Assembly (NCBI RefSeq): GCF_902652985.1
Contig: NC_047021.1
Span: 22,878,001 to 22,942,000 of the forward strand
Direction: 5' to 3'
From: Pecten maximus
Taxonomy: Eukaryota
Length of the DNA stretch: 64,000 nucleotides
Under the pieces are notes generated by a model. The model saw only the letters and a list, made by a program, of their open reading frames with translations, had not been told where the DNA came from and made no database searches. The position numbers and the translations under genes are program-made. Of the stretch, positions 41,801-53,800 are shown in pieces (positions within the stretch are counted from its first letter, which is position 1; every line of letters begins with the position of its first letter).

Positions 41801-44800
41801 ATTTCCTTTAGTGTTGACAGTGACGATATTAACCATATTTTCGCAGCACTCAATGCTTTCTTGGCATCGTGTTCTACAGAGGACACTTGAGATTTAACAA
41901 TGACAACTTTAACTCTTGTCAGCTGAACATTGCCATCAGCAGCTGACCGTTAGCCAGTTAGACAGGTGATCTGTAACTCAATACCCTGAAAAGTCCTGTT
42001 GATCATCGTATATGTCCAGTCTTTCTATATCAGTGTCCAGAAAAACAAAAGACCATTGAAGAACATCAGATGTAGAATTGTCATCTCAATCCTGTATATG
42101 TTCTGAAGGTTTTCACTTCCTTTGAATGTCAAAAATTGATCAGACAGCATATTCATAAAACATAAAAGGTCAAGTGTTGGGAGTTAAAGGTCAAAATCAA
42201 AGAACCAGGGTCATTTTGTGTTATTTCTGATCAAATCTCTCAAACAAAGTGAGTGAGTTTGGTGGTGGGGGGGTCATTGTTTGATTATTGGAATGTAAAA
42301 CACTGAAGGCAATGTCCTAAAGGTGACGTAGGTAAATTTGAGCTGTTTTAGATAAGAAAGTTTCAAATCCCACTGTTAGGGACATCTGTATGCTGTAAGA
42401 TGATGTACTTATATGGTTGGGTTGTTTACCAGCTTATCACTGGGTTCAATACAGCTGTGTTTAACATGATGTGTTTTGGGTTTTTTTTGTAATGGTGCAT
42501 AGATAAGGTGGAACAGTGAAGTTTTGGGGTATATTGAGGGTTAGGAGCTATAGTGTGTGTTATGGGGTAGGGGTACTGAAGGTTTGGGGTATAATGAGGT
42601 ACACATTTGTGAGTATTGTGAGGGTTAGAGGAATAAAAGGTTAGTGAAGGTTTGGGGATATGGTGAGGGTTATTGGGGTGCAGTCAGGGTTACTTGAGTA
42701 GGGTTACTGAGGGTTTGGAGTGCAGTCAGGGTTACTGGAGTAGGATTACTGAGGGTTTGGGGTGCAGTCAGGGTTACTGGAGTAGGATTACTGAGGGTTT
42801 GGGGTGCAGTCAGGGTTACAGGAGTAGGATTACTGAGGGTTTGGGGTACAGTCAGGATTACTGGAGTAGGATTACTGAGGGTTTGGGGTGCAGTCAGGGT
42901 TACTGGAGTAGGATTACTGAGGGTTTGGGGTACAGTTAGGGTTCCTGGAGTAGGATTACTGAGGGTTTGGGGTGCAGTCAGGGTTACAGGAGTAGGATTA
43001 CTGAGGGTTTGGGGTACAGTTAGGGTTCCTGGAGTAGGATAACTGAGGGTTTGGGGTACAGTCAGGGTTACAGGAGTAGGATTACTGAGGGTTTGTGGGT
43101 ACAGTCAGGGTTACAGGAGTAGGATAACTGAGGGTTTGGGGTACAGTCAGGGTTACAGGAGTAGGATTACTGAGGGTTTGGGGTACAGTCAGGGTTACAG
43201 GAGTAGGATTACTGAGGGTTTGGGGTACAGTCAGGGTCACAGGAGTAGGATTACTGAGGGTTTGTGGGTACAGTTAGGGTTACAGGAGTAGGATTACTGA
43301 GGGTTTGGTGTGCAGTCAGGGTTACAGGAGTAGGATTACTGAGGGTTTGTGGGTGAAGTGAGGGTTACAGGAGTAGGATAACTGAGGGTTTGGGGTACAG
43401 TCAGGGTTAGTGGAGTAGGATTACTGAGGGTTTGGGGTGCAGTCAGGGTTACAGGAGTAGGATTACTGAGGATTTGGGGTAAAAATGAGAGAATCCTGAC
43501 ATGCAATTTGAGTTTATCAAACCTTCAGTATAGATGTGGGATATTAACAACAGGTTCCTAGGAGTAACTGGAGTTTAAGGCCATACAGAAGGGTCAATGG
43601 TCAGTTATTAGATCTGGGGTATATATAGGATGTCGGGGGTAGTTGTCCTCCTCCGAGTGCCACTACCATAGTACAATAGAGGAGCTAATGATGGTACAGC
43701 CCCATTACACAGGTCTAGTGACTGAACAAGGCTACCCAATACACCAGTCCACACACACAGCCATGTTTACTAAAAAAACAGTTCCAGTCTCTCATCACAC
43801 CTCAGTAGCTTAGCAGTTGTTGACTCGGGTAACTGGACACTGAAAATGGTCATTGGTGTCCAGTTCTTATACATCAAAATCTCTGTCTTCAAAGCCTGGT
43901 TTACTCCCTGGTTTGTTTTTACCATAATTGACACCAAATATTATATGTTAGTATTTCAAGAAGACCAACAATGTTAAAAGATGTTCATGAGAAATGTTTG
44001 AAAATTTAAAATTAATTATGCTTGATTTAGACTGGGATTGCTAATAATTAGTTTGTAAGCAGAACTGACCAAGAAGATGACACTTTTGAGAAATGACCTC
44101 TACATATTTTAGAAGTTGTGACACTGACCACTAGAGTAGGCCAAACGTATCGGGTGAGATATTTCTCTAGGTCATTATGTGACCACCTTGGTCAAGGTCA
44201 TTATGAGAAATGTATTCCCTAGTTCCTTTATAAAACTTATCATTGTCTTTAGTCTTCTTTTGTTTTCAGACAGAAATCTATCCACATTACTGTACTGATG
44301 CCTCTCCATTACATGTATGTTGGAGATGCTGTTATTTGTTGTTGTTTGTTACAGGTTTAGCTGAATTAGGAACAGTTTGTGATCCGTTAAGAAGCTGTTC
44401 CATTATAGAAGACAATGGTATCAGCGCAGCGTATACAATTGCTCATGAACTTGGACATGTGTAAGTAGGAAGTATGTTGTAACACTCTGCACCTCAACAG
44501 CAAGGTTGTTAAGTGAAGCAAGCGACCTTTTTCCAACTACAGTTGCCATGACAACAGTTTTGGAACAATGACAGCATTATTGCACGTCTGAAAAGCCAGA
44601 TAGATTTCTTGTTAGGCGCTAGTTACAGTGCATATCAACACTATTGCAGTAGAAATCCTGTATCAAGTGATGGACATCTGTCAGTTAATATTGTACATTT
44701 GTTTTGGTTATCTTATGTATGGTCAGACAATCTACAAGTACATATATTCTTTCTTCATTTTTCATAAATGGATTAAAGTATAGACCATTGGGTTATAAAC

Positions 44801-47800
44801 ATTACTTAGGGAGATGTTCTAGAGGGATGCTGAGGGAGGGGGTATGGAGGGGTACAGTCATCACTGGAGAGGGGGTATGGAGGGGTAGAGTCATCACTGG
44901 AGAGGGGGTATGGAGGGGTACTGCCATCACTGAAGTAGGGGGTGTGGAGGGGTACTGCCATCACTGAAGTAGGGGGTGTGGAGGGGTACTGTAATCACTG
45001 AGGAGGGGTTCCAGAGGGAATGCGGAGGGAGGTGTGAAGGGTTAGTATCAACACTGAAGTTGGGGGTGTAGAGGGGTATTGTCATCACTGAGGGAGTTGG
45101 TCTAAAGGGGTACTAATCATCATTCAGGGAAGGATCTAAAGGGTCGCTGTCATTACAGAGGGAAGGGGTCTAAAGGGGTACTGTCATTACAGAGGGAGGG
45201 GGTCTAAAGGGGTACTGTCATTACAGAGGGAGGGGGTCTAAAGGGGTACTGTCATTACAGAGGGAAGGGGTCTAAAGGGGTACTGTCATTACAGAGGGAA
45301 GGGGTTTAAAGGGGTACTGTCATTACAGAGGGAGGGGGTCTAAAGGGGTACTGTCATTACAGAGGGAGGGTGTCTAAAGGGGTACTGTCATTACAGAGTG
45401 AAGGGGTCTAAAGGGGTACTGTCATTACAGAGGAAGGGTGTCTAAAGGGATACTGTCATTACAGAGGGAAGGGGTCTAAAGGGGTACTGTCATCATTGTG
45501 CGAGGTTGTCTATAGGGGTACTGCCACTTTGGGGGTATATACTGGTGATAAGTGTAAAATTCTATTTGTCCACTATTTGCTAATCTTGTAACCTCAGGAG
45601 GTTAAACAGAATTCTTGTTTGGTGATTCATAATGCTAACACAGGCATCAGTGGAATATGGCCTTATCTTTTACAATGGCCTTTACCTGGCTAGTAATGTC
45701 TGCTTATCTGTTGTAAGGGCACAGTCCTTAAGTCAGTTTTCTGTCATAACAATACAGCAAAAATTGTAGTAGTTTGACTGCCATAATATCAGAATTCATG
45801 AATTGATGTAGTTGTAATTAAAACATATTATGAAAATATTTAAAGATTTAATGTTTTTGAAAATTGTCTTAAGCTGACAAATATTTGCAATTGGCTGATG
45901 CCAGGAATGTACTAGTGGCTATCTAATTGAATTAGTGTGTTATAATGATATTATTGTCATCTCTACCCAGCTTTGGTATACCTGAGGATATGTGCCCAGA
46001 ACCTCTAGACCAGCACCAATTGTCAATGTCCCATGTGTTTACCTTTACCGGTACACACCAGGGCCTACCCTTTGTCCTGTCCCCTATTTATTTTATGTAT
46101 ACAAGTGGATGTTGACTTCCCCAGGGGGATAGAGTGGGCACACACTGCCACAAGGCTCCGCCCAGTATCCTCCCTCCCCTGTTCCTCAATACCTCCCATT
46201 GTGTTGGCCTGATTCCTTCCCCTTCACTATAGACGCCACATACCAGTACATTGTGGCTAACCGTCCTGGAATGTCATCAGTAATGAAAAAAGGTTTAATA
46301 TTAAATTTCTAAAGAGATTTAATACAAGGAAACATTTAAAGACAGATTAAATCCAAATTAAAACACAATGCTGATATTTTCTATTTGGAACCTTTGAAAT
46401 GATCTAAGTCAGTATGATTTAGTTCATATTTTCTACAGAACTGATTTGCGGACATTGTGTTTTATTGAAACAGATTAGTGGTATTGTAGAGTATGACCCA
46501 TATTTTAGAGTGTTATTCAAGTATTGTCATAACTTATCAAGTTTCTATTTAATCATTTATATTTATGATCATTAGTTTGTTCTTTATAAGTCTTACTCAT
46601 TATGATTTTAATGAATAAAAAAGTCTATGCCAATATGTAAAAATTTTGATCTTAAATTGTCTTTGACCTTCATTTTAAACATTTTCAGAGACTACTTATT
46701 TTTCATTAATTAAGATTAAACTTCAAAATGTCTAGTGAATTGTTAATCTGATGATTATCAGATTTACAAAGGAAAAGTCTGAATAATTGTAAGATGTTGC
46801 TGTAAGTGTCGGATATCTAACGTGTAATGTTGAGACATCAAGGTTGTATCGTCATTTACTTACAGATTTAACTTACCTCATGATGACAATTCAAAATGCA
46901 AAGACTACCTGAAGGACAAAACAGATCATGTGATGTCCCCCACCCTTGACCACAACACGAGTGCATGGTCGTGGTCAAGGTGTAGTGCTGCCCTGCTCAC
47001 GCGCTTTATAGAGTAAGTACCAACACAGTGTTATCTTCAGTTCTCATGTAACAAATAGATGTGACGTCCAGGTAACGTCATAGAAAGTTTGACAATTGTT
47101 AGTAATTTCAGGAGTTTGACAAATTGTTTTGAATGTATTACAGTGTGATATGAGAGTGCTGGCTTGACAATATGCTCTTTTGATTGTGCAGTGCAGGTTC
47201 CACCGAGTGTCTGCTGGACAGACCTCGCAAGCGGAGTCGCTTCCCTTTTTCTCGTGTCCAGGCCAACGCTCCAGGCCAGATGTACGATATCAACACACAG
47301 TGTGAACTAATGTTTGGTCGTGGCTACAAAAAATGTCCCTATGATAAAGTAAGTTACATCTATATAGTCAAGCATAGGCATCCTGACATTGATATTGGTA
47401 CAATACAGTAACAATATGTTTGAAGTATAACTACTATGAAAATATCCTTATTTTGAACATCATTTAAGGTTTTGGTTGTTGTAATTGTACATTTAAGATT
47501 TTAACAAAAATGTCTTTTCATTTAGCTTGAAACAGAATGCAGGAGGCTTTGGTGCACAGATGGAAGGAACAAGAGGAAGGGGTGTCGAACCCTTCACATG
47601 CCCTGGGCAGACGGCACTTCCTGTGGGATCAATAAGGTGAGGGAGAGTTCTGTATTTCGAGTGAAATCAAGTCAGAGTGATATCAGGCCAAAAGAGGTGT
47701 TGGTATTTAGAGTAATATCAAGCCATGGGAGGTGTCTCCATTTCAGAGTGAAATCAAGGCGAGCGAGGCAGGCGTCTGTATTCTAGAGAAAGCAAGGCTA

Positions 47801-50800
47801 GGGAGGGGTTCTCAGTATTTTAGAGTGAAATCAAGTCAAGGGAAGTGTCTGTAATTTAGAAGGAAATCAAGTCAATGTTATCTATATTTAGAGTGAATAC
47901 ATTTGACTATAGTCAAGTCAATGTTGTCTATATTTAGAGTGAATACATTTGACTATAGTCAAGCCAATGTTGTCTATATTTAGAGTGAATACATTTGAAT
48001 ATAGTCAAGCCAATGTTGTCTATATTTAGAGTGAATACATTTGACTATAGTCAAGCCAATGTTGTCTATATTTAGAGTGAATACATTTGACTATAGTCAA
48101 GCCAATGTTGTCTATATTTAGAGTGAATACATTTGACTATAGTCAAGCCAATGTTATCTATATTTAGAGTGAATACATTTGACTATAGTCAAGCCAATGT
48201 TATCTATATTTAGAGTGAATACATTTGACTATAGTCAAGTCAATGTTATCTATATTTAGAGTGAATACATTTGACTATAGTCAAGCCAATGTTGTCTATA
48301 TTTAGAGTGAATACATTTGACTATAGTCAAGTCAATGTTATCTATATTTAGAGTGAATACATTTGAATATAGTCAAGCCAATGTTGTCTATATTTAGAGT
48401 GAATACATTTGACTATAGTCAAGCCAATGTTGTCTATATTTAGAGTGAATACATTTGACTATAGTCAAGCCAATGTTGTCTATATTTAGAGTGAATACAT
48501 TTGACTATAGTCAAGTCAATGTTATCTATATTTAGAGTGAATACATTTGAATATAGTCAAGCCAATGTTGTCTATATTTAGAGTGAATACATTTGACTAT
48601 AGTCAAGTCAATGTTATCTGTATTTAGAGTGAATACATTTGACTATAGTCAAGCCAATGTTGTCTATATTTAGAGTGAATACATTTGAATATAGTCAAGC
48701 CAATGTTATCTATATTTAGAGTGAATACATTTGAATATAGTCAAGCCAATGTTGTCTATATTTAGAGTGAATACATTTGAATATAGTCAAGCCAATGTTG
48801 TCTATATTTAGAGTGAATACATTTGAATATAGTCAAGCCAATGTTATCTATATTTAGAGTGAATACATTTGAATATAGTCAAGCCAATGTTATCTATATT
48901 TAGAGTGAATACATTTGAATATAGTCAAGCCAATGTTGTCTATATTTAGAGTGAATACATTTGAATATAGTCAAGCCAATGTTGTCTATATTTAGAGTGA
49001 ATACATTTGAATATAGTCAAGCCAATGTTGTCTATATTTAGAGTGAATACATTTGAATATAGTCAAGCCAATGTTGTCTATATTTAGAGTGAATACATTT
49101 GAATATAGTCAAGCCAATGTTGTCTATATTTAGAGTGAATACATTTGAATATAGTCAAGTCAATGTTATCTATATTTAGAGGGAAATCAAGTCCAGAGAA
49201 GTGTCAGTATTTTAGAATGAAAGCAAAGCTAGGGAGGGGCTGTATTTTAGAGTGAAATCAAGCCATGGGAGGCGTCTGATTCACAGTGAAATCAACACAA
49301 GGGAGGTGTCTATATTTAGAGTGAAATCAAGGTGAGGGAGGTGTTTGTATTTAGAGCAAATTCAAGTTGCATGAGAACAAAAGTCAGGTTAGCAATAGGT
49401 TCTTAATGATATGAATGCAATGTTACAAATATGGGTCTGTATTTAAGAAATGCTAATATATTCAACTGTGGTAACACCTGAGCATTTTTCTATCCAGTGG
49501 TTGAGACTGTTTAGTCAGACATCATACCTATCATTTGTTCTTTTGAAGTTCAACACATGAGGAATTGTAACAGAATGATGAGCGTTTGATTAGTATTGGT
49601 GAACTTGAGGAAGAATGTGTCTGTCTATGGGAATTAAGTGATATGTGACAGAGACTGCATACATGATCTGTAGTGGGTGTAGGTGGAATTCATTATTCTA
49701 ATTAACTTATGATTGATTGATGAGCTGAATATTGATGTGATGTAGCTTTGAGTGGGGATATTGACAGTTCCTCTCGTTTTATGGTCGAATCATGATGGTT
49801 GTAGGGGGCAGAGAGTTTTACAGGTTTTCATAGAGAGATAGAAGGAATATAGTGGTTCTGATGGTTTGTTTAGGACAGCTAGTGACAGGTATGTGGAGGT
49901 GACAGGTATGTGGATGTTTAGGGTAGCAGGTGACAGGTATGTGGAGGTGACAGGTATGTGGATGTTTAGGGTAGTAGGTGACAGGTATGTGGATGTTTAG
50001 GGTAGTAGGTGACAGGTATGTGGATGTTTAGGGTAGTAGGTGACAGGTATGTGGATGTTTAGGGTAGTAGGTGACAGGTATGTGGATGTTTAGGGTAGTA
50101 GGTGACAGGTATGTGGATGTTTAGGGTAGTAGGTGACAGGTATGTGGATGTTTTAGGGTAGTAGGTGACAGGTATGTGGATGTTTAGGGTAGTAGGTGAC
50201 AGGTATGTGGATGTTTAGGGTAGTAGGTGACAGGTATGTGGATGTTTAGGGTAGTAGGTGACAGGTATGTTTAGGATAGCAGGTGACAGGTATGTGGATG
50301 TTTAGGGTAGTAGGTGACAGGTATGTGGATGTTTAGGGTAGTAGGTGACAGGTATGTGGAGGTGACAGGTATGTGGATGTTTAGGGTAGTAGGTGACAGG
50401 TATGTGGATGTTTAGGGTAGTAGGTGACAGGTATGTGGATGTTTAGGGTAGTAGGTGACAGGTATGTGGATGTTTAGGGTAGTAGGTGACAGGTATGTGG
50501 ATGTTTAGGTTAGCAGGTGACAGGTATGTGGATGTTTAGGGTAGTAGGTGACAGGTATGTGGATGTTTAGGGTAGTAGGTGACAGGTATGTGGATGTTTA
50601 GGGTAGCAGGTGACAGGTATGTGGATGTTTAGGGTAGTAGGTGACAGGTATGTGGATGTTTAGGGTAGTAGGTGACAGGTATGTGGATGTTTAGGGTAGT
50701 AGGTGACAGGTATGTGGATGTTTAGGTTAGCAGGTGACAGGTATGTGGATGTTTAGGGTAGTAGGTGACAGGTATGTGGATGTTTAGGGTAGTAGGTGAC

Positions 50801-53800
50801 AGGTATGTGGATGTTTTAGGGTAGTAGGTGACAGGTATGTGGATGTTTAGGGTAGTAGGTGACAGGTATGTGGATGTTTAGGGTAGTAGGTGACAGGTAT
50901 GTGGATGTTTAGGGTAGTAGGTGACAGGTATGTGGATGTTTAGGGTAGTAGGTGACAAGTATGTTTAGGGTAGCAGGTGACAGGTATGTGGATGTTTAGG
51001 GTAGCAGGTGACAGGTATGTGGATGTTTAGGGTAGTAGGTGACAAGTATGTTTAGGGTAGCAGGTGACAGGTATGTGGATGTTTAGGGTAGTAGGTGACA
51101 GGTATGTGGATGTTTAGGGTAGTAGGTGACAGGTATGTGGATGTTTAGGGTAGTAGGTGACAGGTATGTGGATGTTTAGGGTAGCAGGTGACAGGTATGT
51201 GGATGTTTAGGGTAGTAGGTGACAGGTATGTGGATGTTTAGGGTAGTAGGTGACAGGTATGTGGATGTTTAGGGTAGTAGGTGACAGGTATGTGGATGTT
51301 TAGGATAGTAGGTGACAGGTATGTGGATGTTTAGGGTAGTAGGTGACAGCAGGTATGTGGATGTTTAGGGTAGTAGGTGACAGGTATGTGGATGTTTAGG
51401 ATAGCAGGTGACAGGTATGTGGATGTTTTAGGGTAGCGGGTGACAGGTATGTGGAGGGCGTACAGATTACAACAGGTTATCAGCAGCTATCAGTTGTGTG
51501 TACACAGATTCACTAGTGCTAACATGTGTAGCATTATTATCTATCAGGGGCTGACATTTCTACTGATAGCAGTGACCACCCCCAATGCATCACCACTTAC
51601 ACATAACTTTCATTCTCCTTATTCTACAATTACACAGCTGAAATACCTCGCAAGGTACAGCTGGAATTTCCTACAAAAGCTGGAATACAAAAAAACAATA
51701 AAAAAAAACAAAAACTGTCAGGTTACAACTGGAATACAATAAAAATCTTAGTTAAACAAGAGTTCCCTTACCATCAATATTTTTTTAATTTCTGTACATT
51801 CTTGAAACTATCTTTGTGATCATTCAGAATGAAGCTTAAATTGGATGGAAATATATTTAAAATGCCAAAAAAATCACTCACCTTGCATGGTTTTTGTAAA
51901 TGTTTCAGTTTTGGCTATTTGAGATCAAAGACCTGAAGAAATATTGGCTAAATTTGAATTTTATTGATCATCCTTTGGACTTGGTATTGAACATTGTAGA
52001 CCCGAGGAGATTATGGACTTCCTGGCAACAGATGAGCCCATTAAAGGGTGGTTAGATTAAAAAAAAAGAAAAAGAAGTCTACTCCTTATAAATGAGTAAA
52101 ATAATTTTAACCTATTTAGCATCGAACATTCATAAATCAAGGCTGGGATTTCAATAAATAAAAGATGTGTCTATGCTTTGAGTCAGGGTGTTTGGGGAAC
52201 TTTGGGCGCCATAGAGAAAATGGGATAAACATCTTGTCTTGGTCTGGTCATCTCTTGTGAAGGTTTGTGGTCATCAGAAGGGTCAGTAAGTCTGGTGGTC
52301 ACTTGTGGGACCTGTTGGACGTGTGGGTCTCCGGGGTGTAAATACCAAACATTGTTGTCCCCTATCTTATCCCGGTTTATCGGCTCTACATTGGGAACTA
52401 TTGTTGTGTTAGGTCTCTATCTGTTTGTCTTCTCACCCCCATATCACTTAATACTGTTGATGATTTAGCGAGATTTACATTGTTTTAATAAGAAATACCA
52501 ATAGGGGGTCAAGGGTTTATTTCCAAGATACAATTCACTGTCACCATCAATACAAGGTTATACCCTTACCAAGTTCTGTGTGCCTCAGTAAAATCCTCTT
52601 CATCATGTCCTTTATGTTGCATATACAAATTGTAAAAAAAACTTAATAGGTCAAATGTATATTTTGGAGTGTAATCTCTTAATTGTTTTCAGGAGGAGAA
52701 ATCTTTCTATTGAACATTTTCTTTTAAATTTCACGGATATAGTAATAAAAATAATCATGGCTTAATATATATACAGCTTTATAAACAACGTATATGAAAA
52801 GAAAAAAAGAAAAAAATTAATAGCAGCGATTGTTAAGACCAATATATCCTACATATTTTAGTGGTGTAGACATGGTGTGTGTCGAGCTGAGCGTCCCCTA
52901 GTGACGATCAATGGAGGCTGGGGACGCTGGGAAGATTATGGAGAGTGCTCAAGGACATGTGCAGGTGGCGTCAAGAAAGGCATCCGGCAGTGTAACAACC
53001 CAGTGTAAGTACAGCATTGTAACAACCCAGTGTAAGTAGGTCATGGATATCAGTACTATTACAGTAATTTATATCCCAGTAAAAATAGGTCATTCATATA
53101 TCTCAGTAAAAGTAGGTAATTTATATATTCCAGTAAAAATAGGTCATATACCCCAGTAAAAGTAGGTCATTTATATATTCCCAGTAAAAATAGGTCACAG
53201 TTATACTCCAATATGAAGCAGGTCATTTAAATTCCAGTGAAATAGGTCACTGTTTCAGCCTACCTCACAGAAAGTTCATACCATCTACCCATCTACAAAC
53301 AAAATGTCTTTTTTACCAATTGAGTGAAGTACTGAATAAAGACACAGATATTTTATTTCCCTAACAGCCCAGCCCATGGAGGCAAATACTGCACAGGAAG
53401 GAGGGTCCGCTACAGGTCATGTAATACCAAGGTAAGATATATGTTAGAGGTTGTGTGGTATTCAGGTAAGATATGATAGAGATCATATGTTGTTTTGAGG
53501 TAAGGTTAGTTAGAGGTCTATAATACCAAGGTTAAATCTGTTACAGGTTGTGTGGAACTGAGGTAAGATCTCAATACAAAGTCGATTATACCTTCTATTT
53601 TGACCTTTGCCCCCTCTGTTGTAGCCATGTGAACAGGACACTCCAGACTTCAGGGATATCCAATGCTCCCGATTTGATAATACTCACAAACACCGTGGCC
53701 TTCCATCCAATGTCCGCTGGGTTCCCAAATATGCGGGAAGTAAGTACATATGAGGATGAGACGAGGAAAGGGCTATGATTTATGATATTCATTGAATGTA

